A DNA stretch of 63,993 nucleotides, filler included, from Porpidia crustulata (Eukaryota): assembly GCA_964255105.1 (NCBI GenBank). It is 17 parts of 17 records of this genome, joined end to end, with 100 filler letters (N's around TTAATTAATTAA, not from the genome) between each part and the next. Parts side by side here need not be neighbours in the genome. Positions count along the whole stretch, not along the records: positions 1 to 3,774 come from CAXUWE010002235.1; positions 3,875 to 7,634 come from CAXUWE010002236.1; positions 7,735 to 11,489 come from CAXUWE010002237.1; positions 11,590 to 15,342 come from CAXUWE010002238.1; 13 more parts are not named here. One strand, 5' to 3'. Below the pieces are notes generated by a model that was given only the letters and a program-made list of their open reading frames with translations, had not been told where the DNA came from and did no database searches. Within the stretch, counting starts at the first letter, position 1, and every line of letters starts with the position of its first letter. Position numbers and translations under genes: made by a program. Of the stretch, positions 1 through 11,640 are shown in pieces.

Positions 1-843
1 GACCGCGTCGGCGGGCGCCGCGCGGCCGCTGCGCCGCGCGCCGGCCCGGCTCGAGGTTGCCGATGGATTCGACGTCGAAGTAGAATTTGGCCGGGTGGGC
101 GTCGTAGTCGAAGGGGGCGCCGTCGGCTGGCGGGTCCTCCCAGGCGGCGTTTTTGGACTTGGGCCATTCCTTGGCCGGGTCTTCCTCGTACCAGTAGTCG
201 AGGTGCTTGAGCTTGTTGTGCGGGTCGTATTCGAAGCCGACGGCGCTCGTGGGCGCCCATTTGGCGTGTTCCTTGGCGATGCCCTTGCGGGCCAGGCATT
301 TCATCCGCAGCTCTTGGCCCTTTCGTAGCTTGCAGATTACGGCGCCTTGGCCTTGGGCGTCGGTGATGACGGGGAGACCGACCCATTCGTTTATGCGCGG
401 CTGGCCTACCACTAGGTCGCGCGCGTACACCTTCATGATCTCGTCGCCTGTGCATCGGGCGTGGAGCGTCAGGGTCACGGTGCAGTATTGGCAGTTGTCG
501 GTGCATTCGCATTCCCGGTACGAGACCATTTCATCGATTTGTCTGCTGTTCAAGGGAATGAGGCCGAGACGATGGGCGATGAACTCATCGGCAAGGACGG
601 AGGTGTTGGACTCAACCTCGACAAGATCGATGGCCATGGTGGGGACTTCGGCGAGTATGGTACGGCGGAGGGAGTTGGCAAAGGCGAGGTCGACATTTTC
701 GAGGGTGAAGTCGACGGTGTGAGTACCTGCCTAGGAAGATATGAGTTGCTGCAACATGGCTAAGAATGATTCGAGAGGTCTACTTCTCGAACTGTTACTC
801 GAGGACCCATGTCCTCGATGCCGTCCATCGCGTCGTAGTCCAT
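1..843 (-). CDS. RPB3: RNA polymerase II subunit RPB3 (3'-partial, 2 exons seen)
   Basis: Hand translation: exon 1 843-784 MDYDAMDGIEDMGPRVTVRE, intron 783-731, exon 2 AGTHTVDFTLENVDLAFANSLRRTILAEVPTMAIDLVEVESNTSVLADEFIAHRLGLIPL...KLRKGQELRMKCLARKGIAKEHAKWAPTSAVGFEYDP. Runs off the window start; absent from the ORF track. Confidence 0.96.
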
Positions 844-1717
844 AGCTTGGTAAGTGCGCCCGCGCAGGGACGTCTTAATGCGATTTACTTCTGCATGGAC
901 TGGCTACGATCAAGTGCGCTTTGAGTCACAGGCCGTTGTGCGACAGAGGCGTACTGGAAGATGAAAATTGCATTGCTACATTCAAATTCCACTCTACGCA
1001 AATATAATTATAATACATACAATACCTTAGCGCCCGAGAGTGAAACTTTCTCTCAAGGTCCCTGCATTTCCTTTATCGATTTCGTACTAAAAATTGCTGC
1101 CAAGATTCTATCTATTAGTGACGATACATCGACGTCGTTCCCTCATATCTCAAAGCCCAAGGATCTGCTTCTTAAAGTGCCTCCCCTCTTCCTTCCACCT
1201 CTTACGGGAATCATGTCCTTGTCTTCGTTCTACGCTCTCCATGGTTTGGTCGCATTTGCGATGGCGTCTGAGAGACAATTGATGATGAGTAGCCGCAAGA
1301 GGAAATGAAAACGTTGCAACATCAACTATACTCTCCTGAATTTCAAGCTAGTATGAAAGTTTGAAGTCCGTTGGTCATTCGCCCACTCCCTCTCAGGCTC
1401 GGTACAGCACCTTTTCGTAGTATTGAATCAGCCAGTGGGACCGACACAGTGATATCTATCCCATGCACTGGTGAGTCGTGTAATCTTTTTCTAATAGCGC
1501 TATCAGGGTAATGTTGTAGGGGATCGTGGTGCGAGTCCCGGGGAGCCCCTACCAGCAAGGTACAATGAAGTCTGCTTGAGATTCCCCGCAGTCCTGGCCA
1601 GCACACCAATCAGTTGAACCGCTAATTAGATTGTGTCCCCCAGAAGAGGTGCGCATCTGTAAAAACAGCTGACTTGGATATAATCCGGTGTCATTTTGCG
1701 CAACGCTCGGGTATAGC

Positions 1718-2872
1718 ATGGACCAAGAAAGATTACGAAAGCCAGACATAATAGCGGCTCTTCAATCAATATTAGCAAAGAGCATCGATGCAGGTGTCCC
1801 TGGCCTGTCCGCAGAAATATCCTCTTCGCAAGGGACATTATGGCAGTCCTCCGTCGGTCTCGTAGACATTGAAGCCCAGAAGCCTGTAGAGAAGAAACAT
1901 CTTTTCGGCATCGGTAGTATCACCAAGGTCTTTGTCGCTGTTGTTGTTCTGCAGCTGGTGGATGAACTGAAGCTCAGACTGAAGGACACTATTGGGGACA
2001 TTCTGGCTCCACACATTTATCATAAGATTGAGAATGCGCCAAAAGCCACTGTTGGGGGATTATTAAGCCACACGGCTGGCATAGACAGTTGGGAAGATGA
2101 CCCGGTATGGATCGTCAATGGGAGAGGTAGGAAACTGGTCCCGGAAAAGATATGGGGGAAGACAGAGACATTAGACTACATTCGACGCCCGAATCGTTCC
2201 GGTCCTCAGCCTGGCAAGTATTCGTACTCGAATACCAACTTCACACTGCTCGGTCTTATTGTTGAGAAGATCTCACAACACACAGCAGAAGGAGAGATTC
2301 GTCGGCGAATTCTCGAGCCATTGTTGATGAAACACACGTATCTGGAGGGATTCGAAGAGGCACGACCACATACATCTCCACATCGCTATCACTGGGACAC
2401 CGCAGAGTTTCGGAGCACAGCAGGAATATGTCCAAGCTTTATACAACTACGAGAAAACCTAATTGATGCCACGGGTTCCAACCTCTCTGTGGAGTGGACA
2501 GCAGGTTCAATGGTCTCGTCCCCATCAGATATGGTGAAGTTTGCTACCGCCCTTCGTGACGGCAAACTGCTCAGCCCGTCATCGCTAGAGATCATGAAAG
2601 ATTGGCACCCGACGCAAGATTCAATGGAAATGGGCCACGGACTATTTCGATTTCCAGGCCCTGGGGGTGCTGGCAACTGGCTGGGTCACCCCGGCGATGT
2701 GCTCGGTTTCACGGGTGCGTGGTGCTGGAAGGAAGAAGGAGACTGTGCGGCGTGTGTATTAGCAAATATTGGAACTATGCATGCCGGCAGAGTTCCCTCG
2801 AGTGCTTCTTATCTTGTGGGACAATCTGCGTTTCTCAAATTGGCAGGAGATCTGGCAGATTGTGGAGAATAG
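1718..2872 (+). CDS. Beta-lactamase/D-peptidase family (peptidase S12) serine hydrolase, intronless
   Basis: ATG at 1718; motifs FGIGSITK (SxxK), LLSHTAG, YSYSNTNF (YxN) and WLGHPG. Confidence 0.9.
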   Translation: MDQERLRKPDIIAALQSILAKSIDAGVPGLSAEISSSQGTLWQSSVGLVDIEAQKPVEKKHLFGIGSITKVFVAVVVLQLVDELKLRLKDTIGDILAPHIYHKIENAPKATVGGLLSHTAGIDSWEDDPVWIVNGRGRKLVPEKIWGKTETLDYIRRPNRSGPQPGKYSYSNTNFTLLGLIVEKISQHTAEGEIRRRILEPLLMKHTYLEGFEEARPHTSPHRYHWDTAEFRSTAGICPSFIQLRENLIDATGSNLSVEWTAGSMVSSPSDMVKFATALRDGKLLSPSSLEIMKDWHPTQDSMEMGHGLFRFPGPGGAGNWLGHPGDVLGFTGAWCWKEEGDCAACVLANIGTMHAGRVPSSASYLVGQSAFLKLAGDLADCGE

Positions 2873-3611
2873 ATGGTACATTGATCTATCCTATGCCCTG
2901 GTGATGTATTCCTTCTGGGCACTCAGCTTTCGAAAGACAGCTCTCCTTCGTACCTATCTGTACTGGTGGGGTTCTGACCATCGAAGCATCTGTCCTCGTC
3001 CCACATTAGACGCAGTAGTCGATAAGATCGCAGAAAGCGCTGCCGTCGACATCTCCTCGAGCCCCCCAGATGCTTCCATTGCTACGGCAACACAAAAGTC
3101 TATTCCAGCTGTTGTACATCCTCACATCCTACACAAGCAGTCTCACAGCGGGTATCTATGCTCGCTAAATCAGATCGCATCACCTACTCCCACTGTAGTC
3201 ATCTTGAGAAAACCCCCTGCAATATGGGAAAGTCGTGGGGCGATGGCAAGGGCGAAGCCAGGAGAGCTTCTTGCACATTTGCCTTTGGGCATGAAGCTTG
3301 GAGATCTCAATCTCAATCCCAATCTACTCCGTGCGCTTCTGCTAGCTTTGAGCCATGTTGATGAGGGTGACGAGGGGGTTTGAGGCCGTGGAGGATTGAT
3401 TTGAGAGTGGTAGAGTACACGGCTTATTCTTAGCGTCTGAAATGCGAAATGAAAATAATCACATTCACTCATTATTTCCATAGCGACCAAATGAACTGCG
3501 TGAAATGCTGTATGAACGTCACAAAGTGATACTCAAACGTACTTTGATATTCTCAATGTTCAGTATTATAGGGTATATTAATTAAATAAACAAAGGTATT
3601 AATAATAAGTT

Positions 3612-3706
3612 GGCCGAGTGGTGTAGTTGGTCTATCACGTGTCCTTAACATTCTGCAAAGTTTGCTTGGACGGACAAGGTCAAGAGTTCAAACCTCTTCT
3701 TGGTCA
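3612..3706 (+). tRNA. tRNA-Val(AAC) with ~20-nt intron (3651-3670)
   Basis: Acceptor stem GGCCGAG/CTTGGTC plus discriminator A; A-box TGGTGTAGTTGG; anticodon stem TGTCC/GGACA with loop TT-AAC-A then intron; T arm AAGAG-TTCAAAC-CTCTT; downstream T-runs (Pol III terminator). Confidence 0.9.
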
Positions 3707-3774
3707 ATCTTTTTCTTTCTTTTATAGTTTTCTTGTGTATTATGTTTAGGATCTTGATTGATCGTAGTTTACAT

Positions 3775-3874
3775 NNNNNNNNNNNNNNNNNNNNNNNNNN
3801 NNNNNNNNNNNNNNNNNNTTAATTAATTAANNNNNNNNNNNNNNNNNNNNNNNNNNNNNNNNNNNNNNNNNNNN
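3775..3874. other. Artificial contig spacer
   Basis: 44N-TTAATTAATTAA-44N, stop codons in all six frames. Confidence 0.99.
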
Positions 3875-4176
3875 GTGTTGAAGAAGTTGGGATTGTCTGG
3901 GGAAAGGGTATAGATAGTGGCTGTTTCTTGTTTCTTGTTTCGTCAGCCATGGCGTTTGGTGCTGATCGTGCATCATCTTTGCTTTTCAGGTTCACGGCGT
4001 GGGTTGATGGATTTTTTCATATCCCATCGCGCAGTTGTTTCGTTCTATGTACAATCTATTCGGAAAATTCCGCAAACACCGGTCCTGGATGGATCCCCTC
4101 TATATGACGACGTTGCCTGGTCGGTAGTAATGTAGCTGAAAACTCAAATCCTGCTTCAATCCATCAATCCCCTCTT

Positions 4177-6345
4177 TCACGAATCATGCCCACCTTCCGT
4201 AAGCAACCCCCTCTTCTGTCGAATCTCCTGGGTTTTGGCCGCATACTCTTCAATCTCCTCCTTTGTCAAAACCCGTAGCACAATCACATAATCCACCCTC
4301 TCCTCGTACCGCTCGTTCCCCACCTCCAAAGCCTCCGGATTGACAAGCTTGCGATCAATCTTCGTCCAGCGAGCATTTGGCGGGATGCCTTTCTTCCCGG
4401 CGTCCTTGAGAGGCGCCACTCCCTCACGGACAGGGGCAGGATCCTCGGGGAACTTCTCGCGGGGTTGACGCAAAATGCTCTTGACTACAGGCGGTTCAGG
4501 TCTTTCGTTGGAAGGAGTGACTACTCGGACCTGTCGCTGGCGGTTTCTCTCATATTCGGAGTCGCTGGACGAGTCATCGGAGTAGGAGTCTCCATCAGGG
4601 CTTCGAGAATGATGATGACGCCGGCGCCTGGTCAACTGCTTCTGTTCTTCGCTATTTTGGCTTCCAGCCTGTGATGATCGTTCGTAAGAGCCCTGCTCTT
4701 TGAGTGCATGATCTTGTGAAGGGGGAGCTAGAGGTGGAGCCAAGACAGCGGCTCTTCTTCTGGCATCCTCTTCGGCTGCTTCTTTCACTGACCTTTCCTC
4801 TCTTTCGCGTCTCTCCCTGCGTCTTCTGCGCCGCTCCCGCCTTTCCTCGTCGCTGGCCTCCGTGCTACGACTGGTGCTATCTAATATATCTCGGTTGGTA
4901 CCACGATCACGGTCGTCTCGTGGCTTTTCCAGCGGGTAGTCTCTTTCTCTGTCTCGCTCCCGGGCCCGTTCCCGATCTCTCTCCCTATCCCTATCCCTGT
5001 CCCTATCCCTGTCTTTATCTCGAGGTTCCTTGTGAAGCTTATGCCTTGCCGCTTCGGTAGCAGCACCCGCAGCAACAAGGCCAACAGCACCAGTACCGAG
5101 TAAAAGACCATTGTTTCCACCGTCATCTCTATGCTCACGTTTGTCTCTCGGAGGGTCATCACGCGCTCTACGATCTCTATCCTCGTCGTCGTGGCGTTTA
5201 TGGTGACTTCTTTCGTGATGTGATTTAGAACGATCATCACTGCTGCGATCATACTGGTCATCATAGGGATCTTTAACCCTTGGCTCCAATCTGCCGTTAT
5301 CAGCAGTCGACTTCCTTGACCTGTGATGCCGTGAATCATTATGATCATTTATTTCAGGATACGATGTGCGACCATCTTCTGCCGGGTGGTGTAGAGCGAC
5401 CTGTGGACGGGGAAGCTTTCGGTTTTCTGTAGCATCGTAATTATCACGTACGTAGTCTCTGATCACTGGCTCATCTCGGGATCGGTGGTCCTCCCTGACA
5501 CTTGTAGATCGCCCAACACCTCCATACCCTCTTGTCGATGGCGGAGGCCCGGCATCCCTATTCACATAGGTTCTGCCTTGATTATAAGCTTCCAAACCTG
5601 TCATACTTAGTGGTCTTTCGCGCCTGCCACCGTTATAGTCGTCGGCTGGTCGAGGCCTAGGTCTCGGTGCGGCATCCCGATCCATCTGCTCTCGACGGTC
5701 GGTATATTCATACCCGGTGTAGTCACTTTCTGGAACCTGCCGTACTAATTGCTGATTCAGATTATAACCAGTTCGTCCACCACCAACACCAGAGCTTCGG
5801 TAGCCTCCACGGTCTGACCTATCTCTTGCATCTTTCTCTGCAATCGTAAGTCGACTCATATCCACACCATCGATGGTGTTGTAACGACGATGCTCTCGTC
5901 GAGACGATGTCGAAGCCGGCTGTATGTAATAGTCCTCATCTCGTCGAGCTCGGGATGACTTTGTCGAAGGACTAGGAGGTCTATCGATAGCAGTCGTGAT
6001 AATAGGTCTTGAACGATTCGGGGAGCTTGGGGGAAGATAGCTCAAAGGTCTTCTTGTATTACCAGAATCGGGGTCCAATGTCAATCGTCGAGGACGAACG
6101 ATGTAATCGTCTCTCGGCTTTCTCATTGGTGGGCTGTCTTGCCTGTAATGTGGTACAACTCTTGGTGCGATAATACGTTCAGCACTTGTCCGTGGGCCGG
6201 AATTTAGTTCTCTGCTAGATTGTGTAGGACCACGGTACGGATCGTATGAGGAAGGATAGATAAGGGTTCCCGTGGAGGAACGAGTGGGTTGAGTCAGGCG
6301 ACGACCGCCAGGGGACAGTGCCCTTGCACCATAGCGTGGGTCCAT
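4177..6345 (-). CDS. Conserved fungal R/D/E-rich low-complexity protein with conserved C-terminal domain (DUF8035-like)
   Basis: 722-aa single-exon ORF; C-terminal block KSILRQPREKFPED..REGVAPLKDA.KKGIPP.ARWTKIDRKLVNPEALE..ERYEER.DYVIVLRVLTKEEI recognised from Pezizomycotina proteins; RD/RE dipeptide tract. Confidence 0.8.
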   Translation of the reverse strand: MDPRYGARALSPGGRRLTQPTRSSTGTLIYPSSYDPYRGPTQSSRELNSGPRTSAERIIAPRVVPHYRQDSPPMRKPRDDYIVRPRRLTLDPDSGNTRRPLSYLPPSSPNRSRPIITTAIDRPPSPSTKSSRARRDEDYYIQPASTSSRREHRRYNTIDGVDMSRLTIAEKDARDRSDRGGYRSSGVGGGRTGYNLNQQLVRQVPESDYTGYEYTDRREQMDRDAAPRPRPRPADDYNGGRRERPLSMTGLEAYNQGRTYVNRDAGPPPSTRGYGGVGRSTSVREDHRSRDEPVIRDYVRDNYDATENRKLPRPQVALHHPAEDGRTSYPEINDHNDSRHHRSRKSTADNGRLEPRVKDPYDDQYDRSSDDRSKSHHERSHHKRHDDEDRDRRARDDPPRDKREHRDDGGNNGLLLGTGAVGLVAAGAATEAARHKLHKEPRDKDRDRDRDRDRERDRERARERDRERDYPLEKPRDDRDRGTNRDILDSTSRSTEASDEERRERRRRRRERREREERSVKEAAEEDARRRAAVLAPPLAPPSQDHALKEQGSYERSSQAGSQNSEEQKQLTRRRRHHHSRSPDGDSYSDDSSSDSEYERNRQRQVRVVTPSNERPEPPVVKSILRQPREKFPEDPAPVREGVAPLKDAGKKGIPPNARWTKIDRKLVNPEALEVGNERYEERVDYVIVLRVLTKEEIEEYAAKTQEIRQKRGLLTEGGHDS

Positions 6346-7541
6346 ATCGAAGTTGTTTTTCGTTGGACTTGGTAATCACAAGAGAGATGATTTGGAAGAT
6401 GTTGGTGACTACAAATGATTTAAGAAGCCAGGCTGGTGCGTGTATATTTCTAAGCAGGCTGGTCAGGCAACGCAAGCAATGTTGAAATTGCGGATTGTGC
6501 AGTCAGCCAGGTCGTCTCGTGGTTGCGCACATTCCTTAGAGGACGAAATTGTGTGGATCGAAAGCGAAAGGGAAGACTCGAATAATATGGTACTCTAGTA
6601 GTGATGCTGGGTAGTGGGTGGTGGGTAGTGGAAGAGAAAGAGAAAGAGAATACGATTGATGGATGACACACAGGGCTGAATGTCGGGAGTGGGAGAGAGA
6701 CCCCACTAAGCAGGGCTAAATACTAGTAGCAGGTAGATTGCCGACGGAGATACGGCAAAGTGATACTTGGCAGCACAGAGAATCATTTGAAATGGTAGAG
6801 AAGCACACGGATGTCCAGAGATGTTCGATGGCAAAATGATGACTGCGTAAGTAAGCTGGAGGGGCTGAGAGGCAAGAAGGGCGGAATGACGCCTGGGGAG
6901 GCTGATATGTATTGTTTATGTGGACGCAGATGATTGACCGCTGGATGACGGCGCTGCGAAGCATACAATTCAATTTTCTATTTATTCCATTGGTCTTTCA
7001 CAATTCATTGTGCAGAAAACTTGAAACTTAGCTTTCCAGTTTCTACCTATCCACCACTTGCAACGGTCTCCCTCATCGTTTTGATGGACGTTGCACCCGA
7101 AGGAGCCTTCACCTTGCCACTGGCGCCAACGATTTGCGCCGTCCGACATGGGCGGACCCTGAACGCTCACCTCCACTGCCGGTCCGGCTCTTAACTTGGG
7201 CAACAAGTACATATCATTCGATAGGCATGCCATAGCCTACGTCGTACAGAAGACACAGCTTACCATGGCTGCCAGAGAACTCTTTTTGCGGAGTTGGTAA
7301 TGGGAATTTTGAAAGGGGGCGTATCAGGTGCTCTCCGCGTCCGCGCCACCTCACCGCAGCCTGGTCAATCTTTAGGCAGCGCTGGGCAGGATCTTTCGGT
7401 GAAGAGTGCTCGAATGTGCTGGCTACTCAGTCGTGGCCCTTTGATTAGTATTAAAAGCCTTTGCACTTTGATTGCCTAGGCAATTTTGTGCTGGTATCAA
7501 GATTTTCCCCTTTAAATCCTCTTGGAGAACACCACCGATGT

Positions 7542-7580
7542 ATTACTGAAATTACTGAAAATACTGAAAATACTGAAAAT
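7542..7580 (+). repeat. 9-bp tandem repeat (AWTACTGAA)x4
   Basis: attactgaa attactgaa aatactgaa aatactgaa aat. Confidence 0.85.
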
Positions 7581-7634
7581 TGTTGGAAAGTGCGGTAGGA
7601 CGAAGGCCTAACCTCCTCATTATCTAGTCGGTGT

Positions 7635-7734
7635 NNNNNNNNNNNNNNNNNNNNNNNNNNNNNNNNNNNNNNNNNNNNTTAATTAATTAANNNNNNNNNN
7701 NNNNNNNNNNNNNNNNNNNNNNNNNNNNNNNNNN
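7635..7734. other. Artificial contig spacer
   Basis: 44N-TTAATTAATTAA-44N. Confidence 0.99.
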
Positions 7735-8597
7735 GTACTGGGGAAGTTGCTCTTGGAACCCGCCAGAGAGACGACACCGCAGCCGCCTTTGTTAGAGAGA
7801 ACACCGGCGTGGATGGCGGCTTGACAGATGAATGAGTCGGCGCGGTACACGTACTCGGATGATGCAGGATCAGAATCATTGGTTGTGGGCCCGCCGATCA
7901 CGAGAGGTTTGTGGAAGATTTCTTGGTCACCCACGGCGTAAGGCTGGTACGTCTTTATACTGCGGCAATTACCAGGACAGCGGAAAGCAGTCGTCACGTC
8001 GTCAAAAGGTCGACATCGATTTCCATTGAGACCACAGTCATTGCCCCCAGACCTGCTGTTCTTAGTTGTGATATTCAAAGCTTGGGGTGTTACAGCCTAC
8101 CAGTAGCTAGCACCGCACCAGATTGATTGTGGTTTCCCATGACCCTCAATATATCCATCGGTTGCCGAATGACCGAGTACCAGCGAAAAGATCAGGAACC
8201 ATGCAAAGTAAAAAAGTAACAAAAGCGCAGCTTTGTGTCTTCTCTTTGGTAGGTATCGGTCAATCAACTTCGCAGGTGCCTGCTGGATCTCCGGGAACCA
8301 GGGGGATATTCTTTGCATCTGGGGTGGATTCGGCCCTTTGCACCATGATATAGTCGCCCGAGCTGCCTTTCGAATAGGTAGTGGAACCCATCTCCAATGG
8401 AAATTCTTCGAGGACTCCCGTAGCCAGACGGGGAGGGAGTGTTGGCCTTCATCGCTATCCCAAGAATCAGATCGGATGTGCAAATCCGAGGTCTCAGACA
8501 TGGAGGCTTGGGGACCTTCATCCTCATCGTAACGCCAGGACGATTGGCGATCCGGTGAGTCTGCGAACTCGGGATCATCTCTGTTCGAGCGGCTCAT
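7735..8597 (-). CDS. LCCL-domain membrane protein (3'-partial)
   Basis: ATG 8597 MSRSNRDD; TM helix AALLLLFYFAWFLIFSLV; intron ~8100-8053 joins CGASYW to SGGNDCGLNGNRCRPF; LCCL motif YRADSFICQAAIHAGVLSNKGGCGVV. Confidence 0.88.
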
Positions 8598-9106
8598 GAT
8601 TGGCTCTCTGGAAAGCATGTACTCAGAAGGAATTATCAGCACCACTTCGGCGCGTTCGCAATACTTTAGCACACATGGAGTTATATGTAAAGTTGCCCCA
8701 CCTCCGATCAAGTCTGTCGCAAGAAAGCAGTCCAGACATTGTCGAGAACCCTAGGGTTACGCGTTTCCACTAGCGAAAGCAGGGGTACATCTCTGAACTT
8801 CTTGTTCGGGTTAAGGCTGATGCGCCTATCGCTTGGCGTCAATCAGGGATCTCTGCCTTATCTTAATCCACCCTGTCCAGATACCGATTGGCCGGATCCA
8901 TTTCGTCACTTATCGGCATCTTTGTGTTCCCAGGCCGATGCTTTGAAATACTAGGTATGTACCTACGTGTTTCAACTTCAAGCTGTCATCCCGAGTGCAC
9001 ATTGTGCTTAATCAAGTCCCTATAGGATTGGAGCAGCTCTGCTAAATATCCACTCGGACAGACTTCTCAAAACCTCTGATTTCCAACGCGTCTCCTCAAC
9101 TATTAT

Positions 9107-11005
9107 ATGCCATCTTCTAACATGGCTTCACCGTCTGACTTTGTCGATTCAAGGTCGGCTCCCGTTGACCTGTCCCATCATTATTCCCGTGTGACCAAGA
9201 ACCGAAATGCCAGCGCTGTGAAAGATTTCTATCGATACTTTGCTATCCCCGGAATAGGAAACTTAGCAGGAGGTTTGTGGCACCATGTACCTATCTGGAG
9301 GTATAACAATGTTGAGAGTCTTAGGTCTTCCCAATTACAATAACTTCCCTTTCGATACCCTCGAGGCAACAACCGCCTTGCCGCAGCGCTTTACTCCAAC
9401 CCCCAATAAACCAGTGGATCCCCCTTCCGAGAAATTCGCAGCTACCACTTTGTCGGATGTCACACCCTCTCGAGTCGTCGTTCCCAAGGCGACGGAGACT
9501 GTCGACGTTCTCCGCAAGATTGATCTCAAATCTGCCTTGCAGTATGGCACGGCGCAAGGCTACCCACCTTTATACTCTTTCCTCCGTCAATTCGCGACCG
9601 AGAACATGCACCCAAACGTTCCCTACGCGGGAGGTCCAGAGATAATCGTAACCTGCGGTTCAACTGATGGATTTGCAAAGGCGATCGAAGCACTGAGTAA
9701 TGTCTGGAATTCCGACCGTGATTGGATTAGGGATAGAGAGGGCTTGCTCGTCGAGGAATTCTGCTACATGAACGCCGTGCAGACTGGAAAACCAAGAGGG
9801 CTGAGCATAGTTCCGGTCGCCATCGATGCGGAAGGTATGATGGCTAGTGGTGTTGGGGGTCTCGAGGATGTCCTCGAGAATTGGGATTTTAAGAGAGGTA
9901 AACGGCCGCATCTAATCTATACTGTGACGTGAGTTTCCTTGTTGATCTCGGAACCTGTTTCGAAGACTAACAATAACCCAGGATTGGTCAAAATCCTACA
10001 TCTGGCAATCTAGGCGTTCAACGTCGTCAAGACATTTACGCTGTCTGCTGTAAATATGATGTCATCATTATCGAGGACGACCCTTATTGGTACCTACAAT
10101 ACCCCTCCGCATACGCGTCCAATCTGGCAGCTCACAACAACTCAAATTTTCAAAGTGCTGAGTCCAGGCTACAGAACTACAATTCTCCAAAGTCATCCGG
10201 ATTTCCCTTTCTAGACTCTCTTGTGCCATCATATTTATCAGTCGACACGGAAGGTCGTGTTGTTCGCCTCGATACATTCTCGAAGACCGTTGCCCCTGGA
10301 TGCCGGCTTGGCTGGATCACAGCCCAGCCCGCTTTATGTGAGCGTATCCAAAGGATTACAGAAGCGTCAACGCAACAGCCATCAGGTTTTGTCCAAGCCA
10401 TGATTGCCGAGATGATCATGGGACCCCAACATTCCAGCTCCGGCGGCCGCGGCGGTCAAGCTGACAGCAACGGTTGGCAAGTCGCCGGCTGGGTACGCTG
10501 GCTTGAGGGTCTTCGCGGTGACTACGAGCGCCGCATGAATACCATGTGCACGATTCTCGATAACGGCAAACAGCTCTTAAAAACCGGTCGAAGACAAAGC
10601 ATGAGCGAAGATTGGAGTGTCGTGGACACGGTGCCCATATATGATTTTATATGGCCCATGGGTGGCATGTTTCTTTGGATAAAACTGAACTTTGAAACAC
10701 ATCCGCTTTGGAAGAAAACGAGCCATGAAAAGCTTAGTCATGCTTTGTGGGTATATCTGACAACGGATAAGTATCTAATACTTGTAGCCCCAGGGCAGAT
10801 CTTTTCTCCTACGCAAGAAATCCGCGATGCAAAGAGCTGGGCATATTTCCGACTATGCTTTGCCGCGGTGGATCTGCCGGACGTTGAAAAGACCAGCCAT
10901 CGGTTCGTGGAAGGCTGTCAGAGCTTCTGGCGGAAGAAGAGCTTGGATGATATTGAGGACAGCGCTTACACCAGCGATGAAATTGAGCCCTTGTACATGT
11001 GCTAG
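9107..11005 (+). CDS. PLP-dependent aromatic amino acid/2-aminoadipate aminotransferase (Aro8 family)
   Basis: Exons ~9107-9272, 9325-9928, 9982-11005; motifs NLAGGLP, ALQYGTAQG, GQNPTSG, IIEDDPY, DTFSKTVAPGCRLGW (PLP lysine), FRLCFA. Confidence 0.93.
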
Positions 11006-11489
11006 AAGTACAGTATATGGGAAATGCGATAATGCAATCACGAGAGTTATGATGGATAGTTGAAAGCGAATCCGGAGTCTCATGGTATCTAGATAGTGAT
11101 GTACGAGAGGGAAGGAAACAGATTTGGCTCCGCCTACCCAGGAACCTATACCTCAGTCCTTTCTTTGGAGGCTATTTGCGTTCCAGGTCCAGAAGCACCA
11201 GAGCTCATTCTGTGTCTATCTGTAATTGCGAGCGAGACGAAGTCTCCCAAAGCTGAATCCGACATTACACACAATAGCTGAAAACCATCACTGATTTTCC
11301 AAAAGCTTAAAAGGCATTTTTAGGGCGAGAAATTGAGTTCTTGATTGATTTCGCCCATCGAGTTGTACAGCACCGTTCAGACTCACCTACCGCTTATGGC
11401 CAGATGACTTTGGTGACCCCATGTGCCAGATGGTGAATGTAGCGATTGCGATTAGATACGAAGATCGGGAGGGGGCGGCGTGGTGGGGG

Positions 11490-11589
11490 NNNNNNNNNNN
11501 NNNNNNNNNNNNNNNNNNNNNNNNNNNNNNNNNTTAATTAATTAANNNNNNNNNNNNNNNNNNNNNNNNNNNNNNNNNNNNNNNNNNNN
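11490..11589. other. Artificial contig spacer
   Basis: 44N-TTAATTAATTAA-44N. Confidence 0.99.
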
Positions 11590-11640
11590 GGAGGTTTTGT
11601 TGGTGGATTTCGGGGGTCGTTTGGTAGTAGATTTAGCCAT
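11590..11640 (-). CDS. Possible N-terminus of a truncated gene (MAKSTTKRPPKSTNKTS)
   Basis: ATG after a pyrimidine-rich leader, open to the contig edge; too short to identify. Confidence 0.3.

Noticed and set aside
95..763. Three plus-strand ORFs
   Set aside because: Antisense shadows of the GC3-rich RPB3 coding sequence.
2769..3490. 204-aa plus-strand ORF and a minus-strand frame from ATG 3356 (MAQS-stop-QKRTE-stop-IGIEIE...)
   Set aside because: No recognisable motifs; may be a gene relic but cannot be supported without a search.
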